Assembly: GCF_000012905.2 (NCBI RefSeq)
Contig: NC_007493.2
Location: 1,920,001-1,952,000, forward strand
Source: Cereibacter sphaeroides 2.4.1
GTDB taxonomy: Bacteria > Pseudomonadota > Alphaproteobacteria > Rhodobacterales > Rhodobacteraceae
Length of the DNA stretch: 32,000 nt
Direction: 5' to 3'
In this document: positions 16,092 through 25,333 of the stretch, piece by piece
How positions within the stretch are numbered: position 1 is the first letter of the stretch
Layout of the letters: every line of letters starts with the position of its first letter
Made by a program: the position numbers and the translations under genes
Notes under the pieces: generated by a model
What the model saw: the letters and a program-made list of their open reading frames with translations, nothing else
Told to the model about the DNA's origin: nothing
The model's database searches: none

Positions 16092-18629
16092 ATGAAGGCT
16101 TTCTTAAAGCTTCTCAGAATTTTTTTCTTCTTTGTTGTCTATTTCTGCATCGCCCTATTGATCGTTGCTTTTGGTCTTCAGAGTTGGCCGGTTGGCGGCC
16201 AGATGCTCTTTGCGTTTGGCGCCCCTGTTTTTCTGATCTGGTGGCAAGAGAGGAGGCGATCGCGAAAAGTCCCCACGAAAGCTATTGCCGAGGGAAGTTT
16301 GGAAACGCGAACCTCCCGACCTGAGCCGGTACCGCGCCAGAGTACCTACGAAGATCGTATTGAGCGCGAACGAACTCGCGAAGCCAATGCTTCCAAAGCA
16401 CCGGTTGGCGTTCAGGCCTATTCCTCACCAAAGCAGGACTACGCCGAGATCGTTCGCGCTGGAAGGTCTGCAGCGCCAGCTCTTGCGGCGGTCGTTGAAC
16501 GAAACCAGCCCGTGCGCGCTGTATCGAGCACATCGACCCAATCAACGAAAAGTGGGTGGGTCCCGTCTGGCGAAACAGCTAGCGTGGCCGGCCGCAACAT
16601 CGGCGGGATGGTCTATGTCGGCACGCCTCCCCTGCTGAACACCTACGGGTATCGTGACAAGTGCCGAGCCTATATCGATCCGTCCCTATCGGTCGCGCGC
16701 TCTGGATCCGACAAAGCTGGTGAGGGGATGCCCTATTGGCCAGGGTACTCGGACATCTCACCCCAGTGCAGGGCGACCTACCTTGATTGGCTGGCCAGCG
16801 GGCGAAACGATGCCTCCTACAACCCCGGCTACATGTTCCTGTACTTCTACGGGTTGGAGCGTCGCTTCTTCGTCGATCAGTCGAACGAAGATGTCAAGGA
16901 TATCGTCCAGGAGGTTCGGCGGCTGCAGTCGCTTTACCCTGACAACCACTCGGTCAGACGCTATTTGGGTGAGTTCCTTGACATTGCGATGCTTGCCGAA
17001 ACCGACCTCGACGCTATCGAGCCGATTCTTGAGAAGCAGGGCTGGGAACTTCCGTTCTCACTCAAATACGCAATTGGAGCTCGGATCGACAAAGGCGAGA
17101 ACCTGACGGCTGACTGGTTGCTGAGTTGGTTCATGTGCCATCCGGAAACAAATCTGAGAACTCCCGCGACTCGGTGCCGTGACGAGTTCATCGCTCTTTT
17201 CCGCATGCGGTTTGATCGGCGTTTTCCTGATGGGCTCAAGGTGACCAAACCCCGGAAGTCACTCACGGCATCCTATCGAGCCGCTTCCAGCGAGTTTCAG
17301 GGGTCCGCCAACCCAACCGTGGACGGCAAGCCTGTCCCGGATATTTCCGGTCTGCGCAAACCGGTCGAGATTGCCCAAGAGTTGGCTGACGAGGTGATGA
17401 ACGATCTCGACAAGCTCAGTCGCTTCTTGGGCCGAAATCCTGACGGCCGCGGAAGCGTGGAAGCGCATGCCTTGTTGCCCTCTGATCTATGGGAAACATT
17501 CCCGTCAGAGGAAATGGACCGGTTGAAATCATGGGCAAGCGATATCGTCGATCGGGACGGATTGGTGTCGCTTGAGGAGGTGATCGGACGTCTGGAGGGA
17601 GAAACGAACGAGAAGATCGGGAAGCGGCAGATGACAGGAGCGGCCGACGCGCTCGCGCGTCTCGGTTTCGGTCTGGCGCCCGACCCTCGGTTTGCGCTCC
17701 GATCGCCCAAGGCGGAAGAGCCTGTTGTGCTGTTCGACCTAAGCGAACCCATCGAAAGACTGGAGGAAGTTTCCGACAGCTATCGAAGCGCCTTGATGGA
17801 ATTGGCACTTGGGTCGTTCGTCGCACATGCGGATGGTCGGATCGCGGAGCCTGAGCGCAGAGCGCTGGAAGATCAAGTTTCTGCCGCGGCCCTCAGCGAT
17901 CAGGAACGCCGCAGGCTGCGCGCGAACCTTGAATGGTTCCTCGCCGTGCCACCGGACATGACGCTTCTGCGGCGCAAACTGAAGGAGGTTGGTCAAGATA
18001 GCCAGGCTGCCATCCGTGCAGCGCTGGTTGGTGCAGCAAATGCAGATGGAATTATTCACTCCGACGAAGTCGCGAGCATCGAGAAGGTCTACAAGGCTTT
18101 GGGCCTCGACCCTGCGCTTGCCTACTCGGACCTTCACGCCGGCGAAATTGTGGATGGTCCCCGCACTGTTCGTGCCTCGCAACCGGGCCGTGCAGGCGAA
18201 TCGATACCCGATCTTGAAAAAGCCAGCGGGCCTAAACTCGATGCTTCACGGATCGCGGCGATCCGTTCGGACACCGAGCGCGTCTCGTCTGTCCTTGGTC
18301 AGATTTTCGATGTCGAAGAGGAAGAGAGCGGTGTCTCCGCGTCTGCCAATCAAAGCCAGTTGGCAGGGCTTGACCCGAAACACAGCGCCCTTGTTCTCGA
18401 ATTGGTTAATCGGGAGCATTGGTCTGAAACCGAGTTCGAGAAGATATGCACCTCGAAGGGTTTGATGGCGTCGGGCGCTTTGGAAGCCGTGAATGAATGG
18501 GCCTTTGAGAACTACGATGAAGCGCTTCTCGAGGAATATGATGGATACGACGTGTCTCCGGACATTGCGGAGGCAGTAAAGGAAAAAATGAATGCGGAGG
18601 GCGGGGATGTCGAAGCTGAAACCACGTGA
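16092..18629 (+). CDS. sngA: Membrane-anchored TerB-N / TerB / TerB-C domain protein (Shango SngA-like)
   Basis: 845 aa. Two N-terminal hydrophobic helices. WVPSGETASVAGRNIGGMVYVG...YWPGYSDISPQCRATYLDWLASGR...GYMFLYFYGLERRFF (TerB-N-like). VAHADGRIAEPERRALE and ANADGIIHSDEVASIEKVY (TerB-like repeats). Acidic C-terminal module with LVNREHWSETEFEKIC...ALEAVNEWAFENYD (TerB-C-like). Confidence 0.8.
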   Translation: MKAFLKLLRIFFFFVVYFCIALLIVAFGLQSWPVGGQMLFAFGAPVFLIWWQERRRSRKVPTKAIAEGSLETRTSRPEPVPRQSTYEDRIERERTREANASKAPVGVQAYSSPKQDYAEIVRAGRSAAPALAAVVERNQPVRAVSSTSTQSTKSGWVPSGETASVAGRNIGGMVYVGTPPLLNTYGYRDKCRAYIDPSLSVARSGSDKAGEGMPYWPGYSDISPQCRATYLDWLASGRNDASYNPGYMFLYFYGLERRFFVDQSNEDVKDIVQEVRRLQSLYPDNHSVRRYLGEFLDIAMLAETDLDAIEPILEKQGWELPFSLKYAIGARIDKGENLTADWLLSWFMCHPETNLRTPATRCRDEFIALFRMRFDRRFPDGLKVTKPRKSLTASYRAASSEFQGSANPTVDGKPVPDISGLRKPVEIAQELADEVMNDLDKLSRFLGRNPDGRGSVEAHALLPSDLWETFPSEEMDRLKSWASDIVDRDGLVSLEEVIGRLEGETNEKIGKRQMTGAADALARLGFGLAPDPRFALRSPKAEEPVVLFDLSEPIERLEEVSDSYRSALMELALGSFVAHADGRIAEPERRALEDQVSAAALSDQERRRLRANLEWFLAVPPDMTLLRRKLKEVGQDSQAAIRAALVGAANADGIIHSDEVASIEKVYKALGLDPALAYSDLHAGEIVDGPRTVRASQPGRAGESIPDLEKASGPKLDASRIAAIRSDTERVSSVLGQIFDVEEEESGVSASANQSQLAGLDPKHSALVLELVNREHWSETEFEKICTSKGLMASGALEAVNEWAFENYDEALLEEYDGYDVSPDIAEAVKEKMNAEGGDVEAETT

Positions 18630-19914
18630 ACGAGATGCAATCGTGCAGGCTCTTCGGGCGGGGGTCGTGCCCAAGCTCGGGTTGCGTCATATACAGGTCG
18701 GCCGCGTCCGGGAAATCGAAGAACTCGTCAAAGACATGGATCGGATATCCGATGGCGGTTCGGCCATTCGGTTCATCATCGGCGAATACGGGTCCGGCAA
18801 GACGTTCTTCATGAACCTGATCCGCCTTGTTGCCCTCGAGAAGGGTCTGGTGGTGATGTTTGCGGACCTGGCGCCCGACCGGCGTATTCATGCGACCGGC
18901 GGACAAGCCCGAGGGCTCTATGCTGAGATGGCTCGTAACCTGTCGACGCGGACGAAGCCCGATGGTGGGGCTTTGGCCAGTGTGGTGGAGCGTTTCGTCA
19001 GCCAGGCTCACCGCGATGCTGAGGAACGCGATGTGCCCACGGGGTCAGTCATTCGTGAACGCCTCGGCCACTTTGAAGAACTTACTGGGGGTTTTGAGTT
19101 CGCTGAAGTCATCCGTCGATATTGGGAAGGCCATGAGACAGGTGACGACGAGCTGAAATCCGCAGCATTGAGATGGCTGCGCGGTGAATTCGCGACACGC
19201 ACAGACGCGCGCAAGGCGCTCGGCGTACGCACGATCATCGATGATGCCAGTGTCTACGACCATCTGAAGCTGATGTCAGCATTCGTGTGCGAGGCCGGCT
19301 ATAAGGGTTTGCTCGTCGGCCTCGACGAGATGGTAAACCTCTACAAGCTAACCTCGTCGCAGGCCCGTAATGGCAACTACGAGCAGATTCTTCGGATCCT
19401 CAACGACGTGCTGCAAGGCAGCGCTGAAAACCTCGGCTTCCTGATGGGCGGGACACCGGAATTCTTGATGAACACCCGCCGAGGGCTCTACAGCTACGAG
19501 GCCCTTCAGTCGCGTTTGGCCGAGAACACCTTCGCGCGAGACGGTTTGGTCGATCTTTCGGGGCCTGTTGTTCGGCTGGCCAGCCTGACCCCGGAGGACC
19601 TCTTCGTTCTTCTGGCCAATGTTAGGCGGATCATGCAAGACGACACCGATGCTTTGCCGGACGCCGCGCTCGAGGCTTTCATGGCGCATTGTTCGGATCG
19701 GATCGGCGAAGCCTACTTCCGGACGCCACGCAATACGGTAACGGCCTTCGTGAACCTGCTTTCTGTGCTCGAGCAAAACCCCGGAGTCGAATGGAGCGAT
19801 CTGATCGAAAAGATCGAAGTCTCCGAAGACCTCGGTGAAGACATGACTGAGGTGGACGAGTCTACCGATGCCCATGACCCTAGTGACGACGATCTGATCA
19901 GCTTCAAGCTCTGA
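18607..19914 (+). CDS. sngB: DUF2791 / BrxC-BrxD-like P-loop ATPase (Shango SngB-like)
   Basis: ATG at 18607 with GGAGG 6 nt upstream; 23-nt overlap with sngA. MSKLKPRERDAIVQALRAGVVP..., Walker A GEYGSGKTFF, Walker B LLVGLDEM. Confidence 0.8.
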   Translation: MSKLKPRERDAIVQALRAGVVPKLGLRHIQVGRVREIEELVKDMDRISDGGSAIRFIIGEYGSGKTFFMNLIRLVALEKGLVVMFADLAPDRRIHATGGQARGLYAEMARNLSTRTKPDGGALASVVERFVSQAHRDAEERDVPTGSVIRERLGHFEELTGGFEFAEVIRRYWEGHETGDDELKSAALRWLRGEFATRTDARKALGVRTIIDDASVYDHLKLMSAFVCEAGYKGLLVGLDEMVNLYKLTSSQARNGNYEQILRILNDVLQGSAENLGFLMGGTPEFLMNTRRGLYSYEALQSRLAENTFARDGLVDLSGPVVRLASLTPEDLFVLLANVRRIMQDDTDALPDAALEAFMAHCSDRIGEAYFRTPRNTVTAFVNLLSVLEQNPGVEWSDLIEKIEVSEDLGEDMTEVDESTDAHDPSDDDLISFKL

Positions 19915-19919
19915 CGCCG

Positions 19920-22091
19920 ATGAGCAGTGCGTTCGACAAGCTGGCGAGGCCTGTGCAGAAATGGATACGCCAGCAAGGATGGCGCGAGCTTCGCGACGTC
20001 CAGGCGCGATCCATCAGGACGATCTGCGAGACCAACGCTGATTTGATCGTTGCGGCATCGACAGCGGGCGGAAAGACGGAGGCGGCGTTCCTGCCTTTAA
20101 TTTCCCAGGTGCTCGACGCGCCTGCCAACGGCACCGGCTTCGACCTGCTCTACATCGGTCCGCTGAAAGCGTTGATCACGGATCAGGCCATGCGGCTGGA
20201 GGACATCTGCCAAGAGACAGAACTACCAGTTGTCCCGTGGCACGGGGATGTTTCACAGTCGATCAAGACGCGCGCGTTGAAATCTCCCAAAGGGATCCTG
20301 CTGATAACCCCAGAGTCCCTTGAAGCGCTTTTCATACGTCGCGGTTTGGAAATCGCGCGCCTGTTTGGGGTCACGCGGGCGGTTGTGATCGACGAGTTGC
20401 ACACGGTTCTTGATAGCGAACGCGGTGTCCAGCTTCGTTCACTGCTCACAAGGCTTGAGCTCGCCCTAAGGCGTCCCATCCGACGCATAGGTCTGTCGGC
20501 TACGCTTGGCGACATGGAGCTCGCCAAGGCCTATCTGCGCCCGGACTCCGCAAAATCTGTCCAGCTCATCCAAGCAGAAGGTGGCGACGCTGAATTGCGG
20601 CTCCAGCTTCGCGGCTATTTGTCAGGCGATGAGGATGAAAGCAGCCAATCCGCAACGGACGCCATCGCAAACCATTTGTTCAAGCAACTTCGAGGCAGCG
20701 ACAACCTTGTATTCGCAGGGGCACGGCAGCGAGTAGAGATCTACGCGGATCGGTTGCGTGAGCTTTGTGAAAAGGAACACCTGCCGCAGGAATTCTATCC
20801 CCACCACGCCAGTCTCTCCCGCGAACACCGCGACTTCGTGGAGCGCCGCCTTAAGGATCCTGCGAAACCGACAACCGCGGTCTGCACGTCGACGCTCGAG
20901 CTTGGAATCGACATAGGTGACGTGACCTGCGTGGCCCAAATCGGGGCGCCATTCAGCGTCGCGGCGTTGCGACAACGTCTCGGCCGGTCAGGTCGGCGCG
21001 AGGGACAGCCAGCCATACTCAGGCAGTACGCTGTCGAAACCAAGCTTACCACAGAGAGCAGTTTTGTTGATCGCCTTCGCCTCGGCCTGATCAGGTCGAT
21101 AGCAATGATTGACTTGTTGCTGGAAGGTTGGTGCGAGCCGCCGAAACCGGAGGCGCTTCACCTTTCGACTCTCGTCCACCAGATACTTTCGATTATTGCT
21201 GAGCGCGGCGGTGCTTCTGCGAACGTTATCTACAACGTGCTGTGTCGCGAGGGCCCCTTCCGAAAGGTCACGACCGAAGTTTTTGCGAATGTACTGCGTG
21301 CGATCGGTCATCCTGAAACTGATCTGATCGAACAGTCTAGAAGCGGGCTCCTACTCCTGGGCAAGACGGGCGAAAGGCTAGTCGAGCATTACAGCTTTTA
21401 CGCCGTATTCCAGACACCTGAGGAATTCCGGTTGGTTGCAGATGGGCGAGACCTTGGCACCCTGCCGGTCGACAATGTTCTCGTCCCAGGTATGTTGCTG
21501 ATCTTCTCCGGGCGTCGTTGGGTGGTTCAAGAAATCCATGATTTAGAGAAGGTCATCGTGGTTAAGCCCGCAAAAGCAGGAGTGCCTCCAGTCTTTGGCG
21601 GCGACCCGGGTGACATTCATGACAAGGTAATCGAACAGATGTTCGCAGTCCTCGAAGGGGATTTCAAACCCGTGTACATGGACGCGGTTGCCCATACTAT
21701 GCTCGAGGAAGCACGTGCTCACTACGACCAACTGGAGTTTCAGGCCAATAACATCCGCAGTCTTGGTGAGCATACATGGATCATCGCAACGCGGTTCGGG
21801 ACGGTGAAGACATCAACGTTAGCGCTTGCACTGAGAAGCGAAGGGTTCTTGGTCGAGCAACATGACGGGTTCTTGGTAGTTGAGGCCGGGGATGAAACAC
21901 CAGATCTTCAAATGGTGCTTGCACGGTTGTCGGCCGGATACACGGGCGACATCTTCGCCGGCGCTGAAAACCTGATCACGGAGAAGTTTCATGTTTACTT
22001 GTCGCGACCTCTTCTGGAGCTGGATGCTGTATCATCGCGGCTTGTGCCTGGTCTTCTTCCGGGGATGACCAGTAGAATCTTGCAAGCGTGA
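19920..22091 (+). CDS. sngC: Lhr-like DEAD/DEAH-box (DExH) helicase (Shango SngC-like)
   Basis: Starts 5 nt after the sngB stop. Motifs: I AASTAGGKTEAA, II VVIDELH, III LSATLG, V TSTLELGIDIG, VI QRLGRSGRR. About 330 aa of C-terminal extension resembling the Lhr WH/DEAD_assoc region. Confidence 0.85.
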   Translation: MSSAFDKLARPVQKWIRQQGWRELRDVQARSIRTICETNADLIVAASTAGGKTEAAFLPLISQVLDAPANGTGFDLLYIGPLKALITDQAMRLEDICQETELPVVPWHGDVSQSIKTRALKSPKGILLITPESLEALFIRRGLEIARLFGVTRAVVIDELHTVLDSERGVQLRSLLTRLELALRRPIRRIGLSATLGDMELAKAYLRPDSAKSVQLIQAEGGDAELRLQLRGYLSGDEDESSQSATDAIANHLFKQLRGSDNLVFAGARQRVEIYADRLRELCEKEHLPQEFYPHHASLSREHRDFVERRLKDPAKPTTAVCTSTLELGIDIGDVTCVAQIGAPFSVAALRQRLGRSGRREGQPAILRQYAVETKLTTESSFVDRLRLGLIRSIAMIDLLLEGWCEPPKPEALHLSTLVHQILSIIAERGGASANVIYNVLCREGPFRKVTTEVFANVLRAIGHPETDLIEQSRSGLLLLGKTGERLVEHYSFYAVFQTPEEFRLVADGRDLGTLPVDNVLVPGMLLIFSGRRWVVQEIHDLEKVIVVKPAKAGVPPVFGGDPGDIHDKVIEQMFAVLEGDFKPVYMDAVAHTMLEEARAHYDQLEFQANNIRSLGEHTWIIATRFGTVKTSTLALALRSEGFLVEQHDGFLVVEAGDETPDLQMVLARLSAGYTGDIFAGAENLITEKFHVYLSRPLLELDAVSSRLVPGLLPGMTSRILQA

Positions 22092-22310
22092 CGATCCCGA
22101 TGGCAAACGTTCGATCTCTGTTCCATCTCACCGAGCGCGACCGGCGTCGAAGTGTTCAGGTCGAAACTTGGGAAATTCAATTCTACCAATAGCTTACAGG
22201 CTATTCACCAAATCGGCGCAGTCATGAGGTCCAGAGAATATCAGCCCTGAGAGACCGCTTCCGGGCCACGTGGCAGCAGGGCCAGTGCTCAGCCCCTCCC
22301 GCATAACTAT

Positions 22311-22344
22311 CGAAAACAACGGAAAAATCCGGCCGCAGCCGGAT
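22311..22344 (-). terminator. Rho-independent terminator of tRNA-Ser
   Basis: On the minus strand, ATCCGGC-tgcg-GCCGGAT is followed by TTTTTCCGTTGTTTTCG. Confidence 0.7.
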
Positions 22345-22370
22345 GGGGAGAACGCTTTCGCAGGGGCAAG

Positions 22371-22460
22371 TGGCGGAGCGAGAGGGATTCGAACCCTCGA
22401 GACGGTTCCCCGCCTACACACTTTCCAGGCGTGCGCCTTCGACCACTCGGCCACCGCTCC
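22371..22460 (-). tRNA. tRNA-Ser (anticodon GGA), CCA encoded
   Basis: The reverse complement reads GGAGCGGTGGCCGAGTGGTCGAAGGCGCACGCCTGGAAAGTGTGTAGGCGGGGAACCGTCTCGAGGGTTCGAATCCCTCTCGCTCCGCCA. Anticodon loop CTGGAAA, long variable arm typical of class II tRNA-Ser, T loop TTCGAAT. Confidence 0.92.
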
Positions 22461-23505
22461 GTCAGCCGCTTCTTACCGTGCAGCATGAGGGACGGCAAGG
22501 GCCAGCGATGGAGAGCTGAAGGATCTTCTGAGGCGTCCGAACCTGTGCGCCATGATGAAGCGGCACAGGGGCGATCCTGTATCCACCGAGTGCATCTGCA
22601 CAGGTCAAGCCGCTTCGCGGCAATGCTCCGGGTGGGGGCTGAATGTCCAGCATCCGAAGCCGGCGATGGTGGTGGAAGGCGGTACAGTGGCCGAGGGAGG
22701 GCGCCGCGAACTGGGGACTGTCGACGCGTTGGCGGGAAGGGCGGGGCTCCGTCAGCGTCCGGATCCGCGGTCCCTTTCTCCATTTTCCGGGGGCCGATGG
22801 GGGGTGACGAACTCTTGCTCCGGGAATGGCGGCAAACCACGGCGGTGTACTGTCGGACGATGAGGACCAGCCTGCTGCACCTTGCTCCAGTCGCCCGGAG
22901 AATCAGCCGATCCTGCGGTCGCGAAGGACGCGCCCCTGCTCGATCCTATCCCTGATCGGCTCGGCGTGTCGTGGATCGATCTTCTGCGCAGCCGCCGTCC
23001 ACCTGTCGCATACGGTCCGCCGCGCCTTGCCGCACCAGGCGCAGAGCCTCGTCGGCGGTGCCGGGAACCTCTCTGCAACATGCGTCCTCAGCGCCCTGCT
23101 CACTGCCTATGCTGCTCAACCGGCGCCAAGGAGCGAAGCTCCAGGAGCGGCTCGGGGAGGCGTATCAACGACCGCGGAGGAAGAGATGGATCTCTTCGCC
23201 TCCCTGGATCCGCCGACGCCCGATCAAATCCCGCACTACCCTGCCCTCTCGGCTGGGGCGCCAGCTGTTGCTTCCGGATAAGATGTCGACTCCGGGCGAA
23301 TTGCCGCATCGAAGGGCGGGCAGCGCCGGCCAGCGGCTCGGGCACAGGGATTGTCACCTCAGCGGAGCGCGGGGGTCGGCCCCGACAAGGCGGAGCTGGC
23401 CTCACCTCCGCGCTCCGCATCCGCCTGCCGAACGGCATGAGGCCTTCGGCTTGTCCCCGCCGAGACCGAGACGCCGGACGCCGACGGCCTTCAAGGCGGC
23501 CGGAT

Positions 23506-23952
23506 CTACCACCTGCCCCGGCCGAAATCTGCGGACGTCAAAGCCCCGTCACCGTCCCTGTCGCGCCAGGCGAACCAGGATCCGGTGCTTCCGACGAACT
23601 CGTCCCGGCTCACCCGGCCGTCGCCGTCGCGGTCGAGGCGGCCGGGACCGTCGGGGCCCGCCGCTCCGGAAGTGCCGACCCGGGACGCCCTCCCCGCTGC
23701 GGCGCGGTTGGCCTCCTGCATCGCCGCACGCATGGCCCCCATGTCGGCCAGTTCCTGCGGGCCGAGCGCCCCATCGCCGTCGCTGTCGAAGGCGTCGAAC
23801 AGGTCGGCCCTGCGGCTCTGCGCCTCCCCGAGCGTGACGCGGCCGTCGCCGTCCGCATCCCACTGCTCGACAAACATCGCGCCCGGGGTCTGGGCCGCGG
23901 CTCCCGTGACCTGCAGCATGAAGACCAGCGCCATCGCATCTCGTCCGAACAT
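23506..23952 (-). CDS. Secreted EF-hand calcium-binding protein (four DxDxDG loops)
   Basis: ATG at 23952 with GAGGAG upstream. Signal-peptide-like MFGRDAMALVFMLQVTGAAAQ. Loops DADGDGRVTLGE, DSDGDGALGPQE, DRDGDGRVSRDE, DRDGDGALTSAD. Confidence 0.75.
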   Translation of the reverse strand: MFGRDAMALVFMLQVTGAAAQTPGAMFVEQWDADGDGRVTLGEAQSRRADLFDAFDSDGDGALGPQELADMGAMRAAMQEANRAAAGRASRVGTSGAAGPDGPGRLDRDGDGRVSRDEFVGSTGSWFAWRDRDGDGALTSADFGRGRW

Positions 23953-24283
23953 GACCAAACTCCTCGTTACATGGTGCTTGAACGTCGGGCCGCCCCACTT
24001 CCGTCGGACATGCGGGAGCGGCACGGGGCTCCCCTCATCACCGCATGCGTGACGGCGGTGGCTCGCACTCACCGCCTCCGACTGCCGGACGCGCGGCGCA
24101 CCGAATGGCCGCCCCGGCCCGCCGTCGCTCGGCCTCGCCCTTTCGTGACTGCCGCTTCAGGCCCCTGTCAGGGAGACGGGGGCAACCTCCCGTCCCCCGC
24201 GTGCTGCCGGAACCGGCCCCGCGCGATCCTCGTTCCATGCAGATCCGGCGCGCCCTGAGCCCGCCCCCGGCGCAGGAGTTTCC

Positions 24284-25333
24284 ATGCCGCGACCAGTCAG
24301 CCTCGCCTCCCTCGCAACCGCCGTGCCTCCCCATCGCGTCACCCAACGCGAGGCGGCGGAGGCCGCCCATGGCGGCTTCGCGGCCCGCTACGACGATTTC
24401 GCCCGCCTTGCGGCCGTGTTCGAGACCTCGGGGATCCGCACCCGTCATCTGGTGCGCCCGGTCGAATGGTATCTGCAACCGCTCGGCTGGGAGGCCCGCA
24501 ACGCCGCCTATCTCGAAGCAGCAGAGGCCCTGTTCATCGAGGCCGCCACCGCCGCACTCGAACGGGCCTCGCTGAGCGCGGCCGAGGTGGACACGGTGGT
24601 GACGATCTCCTCGACCGGAATCGCCACGCCCAGTCTCGAGGCGCGCGTGGCCGACAGGATGGGGTTCCGGAGCGACCTCGAACGCGTCCCGGTCTTCGGC
24701 CTCGGCTGCGCGGGCGGCGTCTCCGGGCTCGGCCTCGGGGCACGCCTCGCCGCCGCGCGGCCGGGCAGCACCGTCCTCGTCGTGGCGGTCGAGCTCTGCT
24801 CGCTGTCATTCCGGCTCGACCGGCTGACGAAGGAGAACATCGTCGCGACGGCGCTGTTCGCCGACGGGGCGGCAGCCGCGGTGCTGCGGGCCGTCGACGG
24901 GCCGCTGACGGTCGAGATGGCGGGCCAGCACTCCTGGCCGCAGACGCTCGACATCATGGGCTGGCATGTCGACGACGGCGGGCTCGGCGTGATCTTCGAC
25001 CGGGCGATCCCGCCCTTCGCCGAGGCCCATGTGGCAGGGGCCATCGAGGCGATCCTCGGCCGCGCGGGGCTGACGCGGGCGGAGGTCGACCGCTTTGCCT
25101 GCCATCCCGGCGGAGCCAAGGTCATCACGGCGCTCGAACGCTCCCTGTCGCTCGAGCAGGGCACGCTCGATCACGAGCGCGAGGTGCTGGCCCAGAATGG
25201 CAACATGTCCGCGCCGACCGCTCTCTTCGTGCTCGCGCGCGTGCTGAACGCCGAGCCGCCACCCCGCACCCTCCTCACCGCGATGGGGCCGGGCTTCACC
25301 GCCAGCTGCGTCTCGCTTCAGGCGGCGGCATGA
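24284..25333 (+). CDS. Type III polyketide synthase (chalcone/stilbene synthase superfamily)
   Basis: 349 aa with AGGAG RBS. Candidate Cys-His-Asn triad: GLGCAGGVSG, CHPGGAKVI, GNMSAPTALFVL. Confidence 0.85.
   Translation: MPRPVSLASLATAVPPHRVTQREAAEAAHGGFAARYDDFARLAAVFETSGIRTRHLVRPVEWYLQPLGWEARNAAYLEAAEALFIEAATAALERASLSAAEVDTVVTISSTGIATPSLEARVADRMGFRSDLERVPVFGLGCAGGVSGLGLGARLAAARPGSTVLVVAVELCSLSFRLDRLTKENIVATALFADGAAAAVLRAVDGPLTVEMAGQHSWPQTLDIMGWHVDDGGLGVIFDRAIPPFAEAHVAGAIEAILGRAGLTRAEVDRFACHPGGAKVITALERSLSLEQGTLDHEREVLAQNGNMSAPTALFVLARVLNAEPPPRTLLTAMGPGFTASCVSLQAAA

Noticed and set aside
14100-22370. Searched by eye for a direct repeat of the tRNA-Ser 3' end (TGGCGGAGCGAGAGGGATTCGAACC or parts of it) that would mark the far end of an integrated island
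   Set aside because: I could not find one by reading. The only weak look-alike (GGATTGAATCC at about 15,111) does not extend. The island boundary is therefore called from composition and the truncated NYN frame only.
22194-22488. ORFs 22194-22454 (-) and 22270-22488 (+)
   Set aside because: They overlap the tRNA-Ser gene and its terminator.
22882-24258. 458-aa plus-strand ORF, together with 22971-23837 and other ORFs around the EF-hand gene
   Set aside because: They are extremely Arg/Pro-rich and overlap the EF-hand gene, which has four perfect calcium loops on the other strand.
24466-25329. Upstream 288 codons of ORF 24466-25833
   Set aside because: This part is out of frame inside the type III PKS gene. 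Only the last 167 codons (from ATG 25330) form the hydrophobic ICMT-like protein.
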